Source of the DNA: Parcubacteria group bacterium
GTDB lineage: Bacteria; Patescibacteriota; Minisyncoccia; Phycocordibacterales; CSBR16-119
DNA length: 64,000 bases
Reading direction: 5' to 3'
Assembly: GCA_943356745.1 (NCBI GenBank)
Contig: CALRFT010000003.1
Span: 10,853-74,852, forward strand
A program made the translations under genes and the position numbers. The notes beneath the pieces are model-generated. The model worked only from the letters and a program-made list of their open reading frames with translations, was not told the DNA's origin and searched no databases. This document shows positions 57,112 through 64,000 of the stretch, in pieces. Numbering within the stretch: position 1 is the first letter of the stretch; each line of letters opens with the position of its first letter.

Positions 57112-58593
57112 TTATTCAACTGTTTTTTCTCGAACCAAAATATCTCCAGCTTGAAGTCCTGAAATAATTTCAACAAAGCCATCACTTCCAGCAAGACCAA
57201 GAACAACGGATTGCTCTTTATCTTTTTTCTCAGAAACCATAATTCGACTTACAAATCCATCTTCTGTTCTCTCAAAAAAGTATCGTGGAGCTCGAAGTAC
57301 GCCTTCTTTTGTTTCTGCAAGAATACTTGCTTTTGCGCTCATTCCTACACGAATCCTTTCATCTGGGTTTGTAATCACTACTGTTGTTTTGTAAACAGGA
57401 ACACCATCAACAAGTGTATCAATAACATCAATAGCCTCGATTACACCTTGCCACTCTGCATCATTTTGATATGCATCAAGAGTTATTGAAACAGCATCAC
57501 CAATCTGAAGTTTTGCAACATCTATTTCTGGAACATCGAGTGCGAGTTCAAACTGATCAGATCCAACCAAAGTAACATATGGTGTATTTGCAGTGACGAT
57601 TTCTCCTTGAGCAATATCAACAAGTCCCACAACTCCATCAAAAGGTGCCGTAATTACACTATCAGCCATTTGGGCTCTCACAGCATCAACACGGGCACGA
57701 GCAGCAATAACATCAGCTTGTGATTTTGAAATCTGATTTCCAGATGACTCAAGTGCCTGACTTTGAAGATATGAATCTTCCGCCTGTGCAAGTACTCGCG
57801 CACGCTCAGCAACAGCTTGGTCATAAGCATTCTTGTTTACAACATAATTTGAAGATCTTTTGTTGGGAATACTTACAGTCCAAACTGTATTTGAATAATC
57901 TTGACCTTCAGTAAATTTAATATATAACCCCTTTTCACCAAGAGGAATTGCTGTATTTGTCCGAATAGCATCAAAACCTGATTCAAGACCAGTATATTTA
58001 AATGAATAACCAGAAGAAGATCCTGAAGAATATGTAGTTACAATATAATCTCCTTCAATCGTATCTGTATATGTTCCTGAAATTGTCGGTGGTTCAGCAT
58101 CTGTATCATCCTCTGTATAAACCTCAAGTGAATCTGAGAGGAGTTTTCTATAGGCATTCTGCACAAAAGTATCTTGTTGTTCTTTTGTTGTAGTAAAATT
58201 TTGATATGAATATTCAAAACCAACACCAGAAGCCGCGCTCTCTGCTTGCACACGCTTCAAATTAGCCTCAGCCTCCAAAAGTTGTGCTGAAAGTTGATTT
58301 GTTGAAAGTCTTGCAATCACTTGTCCTTTTTTAACGGTTTCTCCCTCTGAAACAAAGACCTGAGAAACTCTTCCCGATGTTCCAAAACCAAGGTTAACTC
58401 TATCTTTCATGTCAATATCTCCCGCAAAAATAATTGTTTCTGAAACCTCTCCCTGCTCTACTGTAAAAAATTCTTTTGAATCATCTGGAGTAACTGCGTT
58501 TTTGATAATAGAAAAAAGAATAAAAAGTACAATAATTCCAAGTACTATATATCTCTTCTTGAGTTTTTTAAAATTGATTGATGGTAATTTCAT
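57112..58593 (-). CDS. efflux periplasmic adaptor (HlyD/MacA-type membrane fusion protein)
   Basis: N-terminal anchor, biotinyl/lipoyl-like hairpin segments (..GDIDMKDRVNLGFGTSGRVSQVFVSEGETVKKGQVIARL..) and a coiled-coil middle. Confidence 0.8.
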   Translation of the reverse strand: MKLPSINFKKLKKRYIVLGIIVLFILFSIIKNAVTPDDSKEFFTVEQGEVSETIIFAGDIDMKDRVNLGFGTSGRVSQVFVSEGETVKKGQVIARLSTNQLSAQLLEAEANLKRVQAESAASGVGFEYSYQNFTTTKEQQDTFVQNAYRKLLSDSLEVYTEDDTDAEPPTISGTYTDTIEGDYIVTTYSSGSSSGYSFKYTGLESGFDAIRTNTAIPLGEKGLYIKFTEGQDYSNTVWTVSIPNKRSSNYVVNKNAYDQAVAERARVLAQAEDSYLQSQALESSGNQISKSQADVIAARARVDAVRAQMADSVITAPFDGVVGLVDIAQGEIVTANTPYVTLVGSDQFELALDVPEIDVAKLQIGDAVSITLDAYQNDAEWQGVIEAIDVIDTLVDGVPVYKTTVVITNPDERIRVGMSAKASILAETKEGVLRAPRYFFERTEDGFVSRIMVSEKKDKEQSVVLGLAGSDGFVEIISGLQAGDILVREKTVE

Positions 58594-58670
58594 ATATGTA
58601 TTATCTCTTACTTTTTGTAATAAACAAAATTATATAAGGGTATAAGCATACTATAGAGACCCACAAAAAC

Positions 58671-58699
58671 AAAACAACTCACTTTTGTGAGTTGTTTTG
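58671..58699 (-). terminator. hairpin aaaacaactcac-tttt-gtgagttgtttt after tRNA-His
   Basis: Perfect 12-bp stem plus U-run on the minus strand. Confidence 0.7.
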
Positions 58700-58706
58700 T
58701 TTTTTT

Positions 58707-58781
58707 TGGGCGACTACCGGGAATCGAACCCGGATACTCGGAACCACAACCCGATGTAATAACCGTTATACGATAGTCGCC
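58707..58781 (-). tRNA. tRNA-His (anticodon GUG) with genomically encoded G-1 and CCA
   Basis: Cloverleaf folded by hand. Acceptor GCGACUA/UAGUCGC, an extra 5' G pairing with discriminator C73, anticodon loop UUGUGGU, T-loop UUCGAUU, 3' CCA encoded. Confidence 0.85.
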
Positions 58782-58823
58782 ATGTGTAAATTTGTACTCC
58801 AAGTACGAAAGTATTTATACCAA

Positions 58824-58856
58824 AAAATAAGACGCCCGTCTAGGCGTCTTATTTTT
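58824..58856 (-). terminator. hairpin aagacgcc-cgtc-taggcgtctt flanked by A-run and T-run, after the VKOR gene
   Basis: Stem plus U-run. Confidence 0.65.
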
Positions 58857-59862
58857 AAATTTCATATGGATTTTGTTTCGCGAGTTTCTTTCTATATACC
58901 TGGCCCATTATAACTGCAAACAAAACAATCGTCATATATATTGTGAGTCCCGTTTGAAACGAAAGTGGTATAGATCGAAGTGATCCAAGTATAAACACAA
59001 TATACCAACTTGAAATCGAAATCGCCCCTGTCGCAAATGCTACTTTCTTAAAAAATAATTGTTTCTTAGTTAAGAGTCTTTGTTCGTTTCCATTAAAAAC
59101 AATACTTGTTAATCTCGGCGCAACTACAAAATTTAGTACAAAACCGTTAATAGTGATAATTCCAACTGCGACTGTTTTAACTAAGAACTTTGAAGATTCT
59201 GCAAGTTCAAGAGTTCTTGGAAGATACAAACCAATACCTGTAATAATTAAGATTCCAAGCGCAACCCAGATAATGTGGGACATGGTATCCATGACACTCT
59301 TTTCTGTTTCTGAAATTTTAAAATCTTTTAGAAATTTAAAAAATAAAACGTCTGTTACTGTTGTCGCACCCACACCAACAGCCGCAGCCATTGCATGAAT
59401 TATCACAATAAGTGTTTTGTATTCCACCAAAAGTGGTATTAAATTTATCTCCGTTATAAATACTGAAAATATTGCAATAAAGGTTGTAAATGCAGCAGAA
59501 AATAAACACCAAGTACACCAATGTTTAATAGAAAAGGCTTGAACAAAAACAAGATAGACTGAAAACAAAAATGCTAAAACTGAGAATGAAACAGCGAAGA
59601 ATACAGTTTCTTGCCCCATTTCAAAACTAAACATTCGCGCACTGTAAAATAAAATAACTAAAGCATAGTAACCCATACCCATAAGCTCCACAGGAATTCC
59701 AAGGAATTTTGAATATTTACTATTCACAACAGTGTCACACATACCTCCGATTGGACAAATAAGTGGTCTTTTTTCTTTGCTTTTCTTTGTTGTGTAAATA
59801 TATAAAGCAAGAACAAAACCAGACAAAGATAAAATTATTGGTATGAGATAAATAAAATTCAT
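58855..59862 (-). CDS. vitamin K epoxide reductase (VKOR)-family protein fused to an additional C-terminal polytopic membrane domain
   Basis: N-terminal VKOR core with loop Cys pair (..LICPIGGMCDTV..) and active-site CxxC in a TM helix (..HWCTWCLFSA..). About 190 further aa of TM helices with no recognised family. Confidence 0.7.
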   Translation of the reverse strand: MNFIYLIPIILSLSGFVLALYIYTTKKSKEKRPLICPIGGMCDTVVNSKYSKFLGIPVELMGMGYYALVILFYSARMFSFEMGQETVFFAVSFSVLAFLFSVYLVFVQAFSIKHWCTWCLFSAAFTTFIAIFSVFITEINLIPLLVEYKTLIVIIHAMAAAVGVGATTVTDVLFFKFLKDFKISETEKSVMDTMSHIIWVALGILIITGIGLYLPRTLELAESSKFLVKTVAVGIITINGFVLNFVVAPRLTSIVFNGNEQRLLTKKQLFFKKVAFATGAISISSWYIVFILGSLRSIPLSFQTGLTIYMTIVLFAVIMGQVYRKKLAKQNPYEI

Positions 59863-59863
59863 A

Positions 59864-60796
59864 TTAAAAAAGATTGAATATTTTTCCTATAAAAAATACA
59901 TATATCATGAGATACATTGCCCCCTCCCAAATATACATTCTTTGTGAAATCCCAGAAATTGTAAAAAGGATTGTTGCAATAATTAAAAATGGCAAACCGA
60001 TACTAAACGTTGTAACATCTATTGGAAGTCTTGCGAACAATGCAGGAATTCCAGTAACAACAAGAATATTGAATATATTTGAACCGAAAATATTTCCAAT
60101 AGCAACTTCTGATTTCCCTTGAAGCGCCGCTTTTACAGAAACAGTAAGTTCAGGTAAAGATGTTCCAATCGCAACAGCAGCTAGAGAAAAAGCACCAGCT
60201 GAAACCCCAAAAAGTTCAGAAAGCTTAATGACAGACTCTACAAGATATTTTGAACCGAAGATAAGTCCCAAAAGACCAGCAATCATAAGAATAGTGTCTT
60301 GTTTTGTAAACTTTGTTTTCACAACACTCTCATCTTTTTCTTTTCCTTGTCCCTCTTTCAAGGTATACATAACATAAAACACAAAAGAACCAAGGAGAAG
60401 TATTGCTTCTGGAAAAGTTATCACACCGTCCCAAGCTGAAACAAGAAACAAAGCTGTTGTTGAAACAAGAAGTGGAATATCAAGATCAATAAGATACTTT
60501 GAAGTGGTGAGCTTTCCGGCAATAACAGCAGAAAGACCTAGGATAAAAAGAATATTTGCAATATTTGAACCAACAACATTACCAGCAACTATTTCCGGCG
60601 CATCAGCAAATACCGCAACCAAAGAAGACGCGAGCTCTGGTAAAGATGTTCCAATACCCACAATAAGAATTCCTACCACAAATTTTGAAAGACCTTTTGA
60701 AAGCCCAAATTTTTCAGAAGCAATCAAAAACCAATCAGCCCCTCGAACTAAAACCATTAATGAAAGTATAAAAAGTCCTATCCAAAATATTGTCAT
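59864..60796 (-). CDS. Ca2+/Na+ antiporter (CaCA family, YrbG-like)
   Basis: Two alpha-repeats (..GTSLPELASSLVAV.. and ..GTSLPELTVSVKAA..); 310 aa. Confidence 0.85.
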   Translation of the reverse strand: MTIFWIGLFILSLMVLVRGADWFLIASEKFGLSKGLSKFVVGILIVGIGTSLPELASSLVAVFADAPEIVAGNVVGSNIANILFILGLSAVIAGKLTTSKYLIDLDIPLLVSTTALFLVSAWDGVITFPEAILLLGSFVFYVMYTLKEGQGKEKDESVVKTKFTKQDTILMIAGLLGLIFGSKYLVESVIKLSELFGVSAGAFSLAAVAIGTSLPELTVSVKAALQGKSEVAIGNIFGSNIFNILVVTGIPALFARLPIDVTTFSIGLPFLIIATILFTISGISQRMYIWEGAMYLMIYVFFIGKIFNLF

Positions 60797-60854
60797 AAAA
60801 ATATTATAGCCTAAAAAATAAAAACTTATCGCGCACTAATCAACACAAAAAAGA

Positions 60855-60880
60855 AAAACCCCAAAAAGGGGTTTTTCTTT
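60855..60880 (-). terminator. hairpin aaaaacccc-aaaaa-ggggttttt after tRNA-Leu
   Basis: Stem plus U-run. Confidence 0.6.
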
Positions 60881-60964
60881 GGTGCGGATGAGAGGAATCG
60901 AACCTCCACGGATTTCTCCATACGAACCTCAATCGTACGCGTATACCAGTTCCGCCACATCCGC
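60880..60964 (-). tRNA. tRNA-Leu (anticodon GAG), class II with long variable arm, CCA encoded
   Basis: Acceptor GCGGAUG, anticodon stem-loop UACGA-UUGAGGU-UCGUA, long variable arm, T-loop GGUUCGAUUCC, 3' ..CACCA. Confidence 0.8.
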
Positions 60965-61022
60965 ATGACAAATATTATACGGAAATAAAATAAAAAAGCC
61001 ACCCCAAAATTTGAAGCAAAAT

Positions 61023-61046
61023 AAAAAACCCTTTCGGGGTTTTTTA
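61023..61046 (-). terminator. hairpin aaaaaaccc-tttc-ggggtttttt overlapping the rplS stop
   Basis: Stem plus U-run. Confidence 0.6.
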
Positions 61047-61496
61047 TTTTGCTTCTTCTGAAGTTTCAGAAGATGTTGTTTCTTCAACAACCTCATCTTG
61101 CATTTCCTCTTGTTTAATTTCAAGTGGTTTTTCAGTAAAGAATCCTGCGAATGATCGAAGTTTTCGTCGAATTTCCTTTGCTGTCTTTTCTCGCAAGAAG
61201 TAAAGTTTGTTTCGTCGAGTTTTTGATTTTTTCACAACTTCAACTGAATCAATATTAGGAGAGAATAGTGGAAAGATTCGTTCCACCCCAACACCGTTAG
61301 AAATTTTTCGAACAGTGAAAGTTGCCCCTGTTTCAGTTCCGTGTTTTCGAGCAATCACAAGCCCTTCAAACGCCTGAAGTCGAGTTTTTCCTTTTTCTTG
61401 AATTCGCACAGATACACGAACAGTGTCTCCTGCTTTAAAGTTGAGCTTTTTTCGCTCTTCGATATTTACTGGTGTTAGTTTAATTGCTGTGTTCAT
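61044..61496 (-). CDS. rplS: 50S ribosomal protein L19 with acidic C-terminal extension
   Basis: ..[47 protein letters not shown].. is canonical L19. Confidence 0.9.
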   Translation of the reverse strand: MNTAIKLTPVNIEERKKLNFKAGDTVRVSVRIQEKGKTRLQAFEGLVIARKHGTETGATFTVRKISNGVGVERIFPLFSPNIDSVEVVKKSKTRRNKLYFLREKTAKEIRRKLRSFAGFFTEKPLEIKQEEMQDEVVEETTSSETSEEAK

Positions 61497-61544
61497 AGCT
61501 AGTTTTGAAAATATGTAACGAGGCTTACTCTATCACATGGCCAG

Positions 61545-62276
61545 TTATTTGGCAAGCTTCTGAAAGCTTTCCTCTGGCAAAGCTTGAAATTCTTGTCTTT
61601 TTCCATTTGGAAGCAAAACAGAGAGTTTCCAAGCATGAAGGGCAAGTCTTGAAAAACCCAAAACCAAGGGTCTTCCCTTTGCGTATAATGTATCCCCAAC
61701 AAGTGGATGATGAAGATATTTCATATGGACTCGAATCTGGTGAGTTCTCCCTGTTTTTGGTCTCACTTCACACAAACAAAAATGCTCACCACCCTCTTGA
61801 ATTCGATTGAGTACTCGAAAAGAAGTTTCAGCCTCTCGCAAAACCCCACGAGCATTTCCCCCCGCCTGCCACTGACGAAAATCATTCCTACTTTTACCAA
61901 TCGGAACATCTATTCTCCCTTCATCTTCTTTAAAATTTCCCCACACAACAGCAAGGTATGTTTTTTCTGTAAGTCTGTCTTGAAATTGTGTTTTCAAAAA
62001 CTCGTGAGCTTTTTGGTGTTTTGCAACGATAATTACCCCTGAAGTTTCCTTATCAAGCCTATGAACAATACCAGGACGATCTATCACCATTTCTTCTTTT
62101 GCATTTCGAATAACCAAAGGCTCCCCAACACCTTGTATTTCTGGATAATTTTCAAGAATCCAATCAGTCAAAACATACTCTTCCGATTTTCCATCCTTAT
62201 GAACCATAAGTCCTGAAGGTTTATCAAGAACCAAAATATCTTGGTCTTCATATATAATTGTGGGGATTTTTTGCAT
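61545..62276 (-). CDS. RluA-family pseudouridine synthase
   Basis: ..HRLDKETSGVIIVAKH.. catalytic Asp motif; 243 aa. No S4 domain is present. Confidence 0.85.
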   Translation of the reverse strand: MQKIPTIIYEDQDILVLDKPSGLMVHKDGKSEEYVLTDWILENYPEIQGVGEPLVIRNAKEEMVIDRPGIVHRLDKETSGVIIVAKHQKAHEFLKTQFQDRLTEKTYLAVVWGNFKEDEGRIDVPIGKSRNDFRQWQAGGNARGVLREAETSFRVLNRIQEGGEHFCLCEVRPKTGRTHQIRVHMKYLHHPLVGDTLYAKGRPLVLGFSRLALHAWKLSVLLPNGKRQEFQALPEESFQKLAK

Positions 62277-62295
62277 ATGTGTATCATACGAGATA

Positions 62296-62337
62296 TTGAG
62301 AAATAAAAAAAGCCTGATTAATTTTTAATCAGGCTTA
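62296..62337. terminator. hairpin aaaaaagcctgattaa-tttt-taatcaggcttatttc
   Basis: Long AT-rich perfect stem. Bidirectional. Confidence 0.6.
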
Positions 62338-62557
62338 TTTCTTTTGGAAGAACAGCGAAAATAGCACCTGTGATTTTCTCGATTTTAAATCCTCGAGAAG
62401 AAACACAACCGGTCAAATCACGAGAGGTAAGGAGAACTTTATCCTCAATATTCTCAAATCTGATTTTAACATGGTCAAAATTATTATGTGCCATTCTTTG
62501 AATTCCTTTCTTAACATTTTCAAGACAAAGGAATTCTGATAATGATATTGTCATAAT
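62318..62557 (-). CDS. small hypothetical protein (about 79 aa)
   Basis: Start is at the internal Met of the track ORF (MTISLSEFL..). The stop lies inside the terminator hairpin. No family recognised. Confidence 0.3.
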   Translation of the reverse strand: MMTISLSEFLCLENVKKGIQRMAHNNFDHVKIRFENIEDKVLLTSRDLTGCVSSRGFKIEKITGAIFAVLPKEISLIKN

Positions 62558-62627
62558 GAACGGATTTACTTGTTGTAATAATAACAAATAAAAGCCCTCT
62601 TTGTAACACAAAGAGGGCTTTAACTCA

Positions 62628-62822
62628 TTACACAGAAGACACACAAAATATATGATCTTCTATCTGAAATGGTGGTAAAAATACATGTTTAGCAGAATCT
62701 TTTTGTAAACTAACAGAAAAAGAAAGTTTACCAAAAGAAAATTTTTGAGGCTTAAAATCACCCTTTTTTACCATCTCACGGGCCAGAGTTTGGGCTCTTT
62801 GTGTTATATTTTGATTTTCCAT
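62628..62822 (-). CDS. small hypothetical protein (64 aa)
   Basis: MENQNITQRAQTLAREMVKKGDFKPQKFSFGKL.. Possibly the 5' part of one gene that continues in another frame as 62318..62557. Confidence 0.3.
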   Translation of the reverse strand: MENQNITQRAQTLAREMVKKGDFKPQKFSFGKLSFSVSLQKDSAKHVFLPPFQIEDHIFCVSSV

Positions 62823-62849
62823 AATTTAAAGTATTATAATTAATATAAA

Positions 62850-63689
62850 TTATTTTGTCAATACCTCCAATTCCATTTTCATTTTCTGTTTTATTTCTCT
62901 TAAATGTTCAAGGTCTGGCTTAATAATTTCTGTCGACTGAGACATCTGACCGAAACTATTTTTCTTCATAGTTGTGTGACGATAAATGTCTTCGTCTCCA
63001 TACTGGACTGCTGCAGAACCAAAATCAATAACTACAGGGGTATGAGTCTCAGCTTCTATCATGATATTTCCGGCGTGGAGATCTCTATGGTGAATAGCAA
63101 AAGGTTCAGAATGTATAAAATTAAGAAAGTCTTCTAATTTTTTGAAAAATAAATCAATATTAAAACCACGAAAGAATTCTTCAGGGTTATCTATTTTTCC
63201 TTCAAAAAAGTCACGGATTGAATATCCTTGTATCTGCTCCATCACAAGAGCTTGCTCTTTGACATTCACTAGAACTTTTTCACCTTTTGAATTTATTTTT
63301 TGAACTTTTTTCTCAACCTCTATAACCGATATTGGTATTGGCACCATGACTTCTGGATGTATTTGGGTAAGTTTATATAAATATTCTGATTCTTGACTCA
63401 AATCATTTATTGGAGTTTTACCGTTTTCCAACTTAAGTTTTTTACAGCAAACATTTTGAACTTCTGGAACAGCACATACAATAGCAGTCTGTCCAAAACC
63501 AAGCTCATTTTCAGGACGAAATATTTTTTCAGCAATTTCACAAATATTTTCCTGATATTTTTTAATAGCAGCCTCGTATTCAGCAAGACTTTCTTTTTTG
63601 TCGGGTCCAGTATAATCAAGATTAAAATACTTTATTTTTTCCATATAAATAACTATACCATTATCTGAAAAAGACTCATCTCTTGCCAA
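62850..63689 (-). CDS. atypical protein-kinase-like protein (RIO/Bud32/Kdo-kinase-like fold)
   Basis: Gly-rich loop-like GFGQTAIVC, Lys in ..CCKKLK.., catalytic loop HHRDLHAGNIMI and metal-binding VIDFGSA. No activation segment or APE motif; 279 aa. Confidence 0.6.
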   Translation of the reverse strand: MARDESFSDNGIVIYMEKIKYFNLDYTGPDKKESLAEYEAAIKKYQENICEIAEKIFRPENELGFGQTAIVCAVPEVQNVCCKKLKLENGKTPINDLSQESEYLYKLTQIHPEVMVPIPISVIEVEKKVQKINSKGEKVLVNVKEQALVMEQIQGYSIRDFFEGKIDNPEEFFRGFNIDLFFKKLEDFLNFIHSEPFAIHHRDLHAGNIMIEAETHTPVVIDFGSAAVQYGDEDIYRHTTMKKNSFGQMSQSTEIIKPDLEHLREIKQKMKMELEVLTK

Positions 63690-63785
63690 TTTTCCTCAAA
63701 TATCATACACTATTCTTTGTTGAAATAAGGGCGATTACCCGCCTGCGCAGGCAGGACTCAGTTGGTGGGGCTTTTATAAAAATAA

Positions 63786-63861
63786 GGGCGATTAGCTCAG
63801 TTGGTAGAGCAACCCGTTTACACCGGGAAGGTCAGAGGTTCGAGTCCTCTATCGCCCACCA
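63786..63861 (+). tRNA. tRNA-Val (anticodon UAC), CCA encoded
   Basis: Acceptor GGGCGAU/AUCGCCC, D-arm GCUCAGUUGGUAGAGC, anticodon stem-loop ACCCG-UUUACAC-CGGGA, T-arm AGAGGUUCGAGUCCUCU, 3' ACCA. Confidence 0.85.
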
Positions 63862-64000
63862 ATCAGAAAAAGTACTGGCTTTTAGCTAGTGCTTTTTCTA
63901 TTGTGGTAAATAAGAGGATGAGAACCTTTGGTCCCAATTTTTAAAGAGCGAAGCGATTATAAAAATTGAGGATTTCGGAACAAGAAACTTGTGAGAAGCG

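Noticed and set aside
63683-63889. 68-aa plus-strand ORF
   Set aside because: It is entirely explained by tRNA-Val and its duplicated leader. The Arg/Ser/Gly-rich translation is typical of a spurious ORF across a tRNA gene.
1-64000. CRISPR arrays, IS elements, integrases, prophage blocks
   Set aside because: No regularly spaced direct repeats were seen in any intergenic region, and no transposase or integrase-like ORF was found. The only repeat of note is the 15-mer duplication at tRNA-Val.

Overview
This is a low-GC (roughly 35-40%), gene-dense bacterial chromosome segment, mostly minus-strand genes, with housekeeping content and a Gram-positive-like signal set (T-box leader, SSB-S6-S18 operon, archaeal-type GlyRS, tRNA-His with encoded G-1). 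The ribosomal-protein gene orders show no rpmD (L30) between rpsE and rplO, no rplI (L9) after rpsR, and no rplA (L1) after rplK. That pattern is the one reported for Candidate Phyla Radiation / Patescibacteria genomes, so I treat it as a working hypothesis for the organism. Contents, 5' to 3': a map-adk-secY-rplO-rpsE-rplR-rplF-rpsH-rpsN block; an 11-kb surface-glycan locus (VanW, WbaP-like initiating transferase, Wzx-like flippase, GT2/GT-like enzymes, FkbM methyltransferase, O-antigen-ligase/PglL-like protein) next to a large acidic peptidoglycan-binding surface protein with a ~570-nt leader; ftsK, recA, efp, rpsR-ssb-rpsF; a compositionally odd orphan gene with an adjacent structured RNA candidate; tatD, metG, an AI-2E transporter, glyQS, a large beta-repeat membrane protein, recO; ileS carrying an inserted histidine-phosphatase (PGAM-like) domain and preceded by a T-box leader; argS; a thymidylate cluster (dut, an all-alpha hypothetical, a tandem ThyX-like pair split by one in-frame TAA, dcd); rplK-nusG-secE; envelope proteins (DedA, SIMPL, FKBP, DsbA-like, VKOR, YceI); an ATP-cone/restriction-endonuclease-fold protein; a bacterial SET-domain protein; class I RNR nrdAB; a MacAB-like ABC efflux system; tRNA-His, tRNA-Leu, rplS, an RluA-family synthase, an atypical kinase-like protein, and tRNA-Val preceded by a partial duplicate of its own 5' end. 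The most unusual items are the IleRS-phosphatase domain fusion, the split/tandem ThyX, and the putative protein O-glycosylation locus. No CRISPR array or obvious mobile element was seen. All coordinates for RNA elements and hairpins are approximate (+/- a few nt), read by eye.
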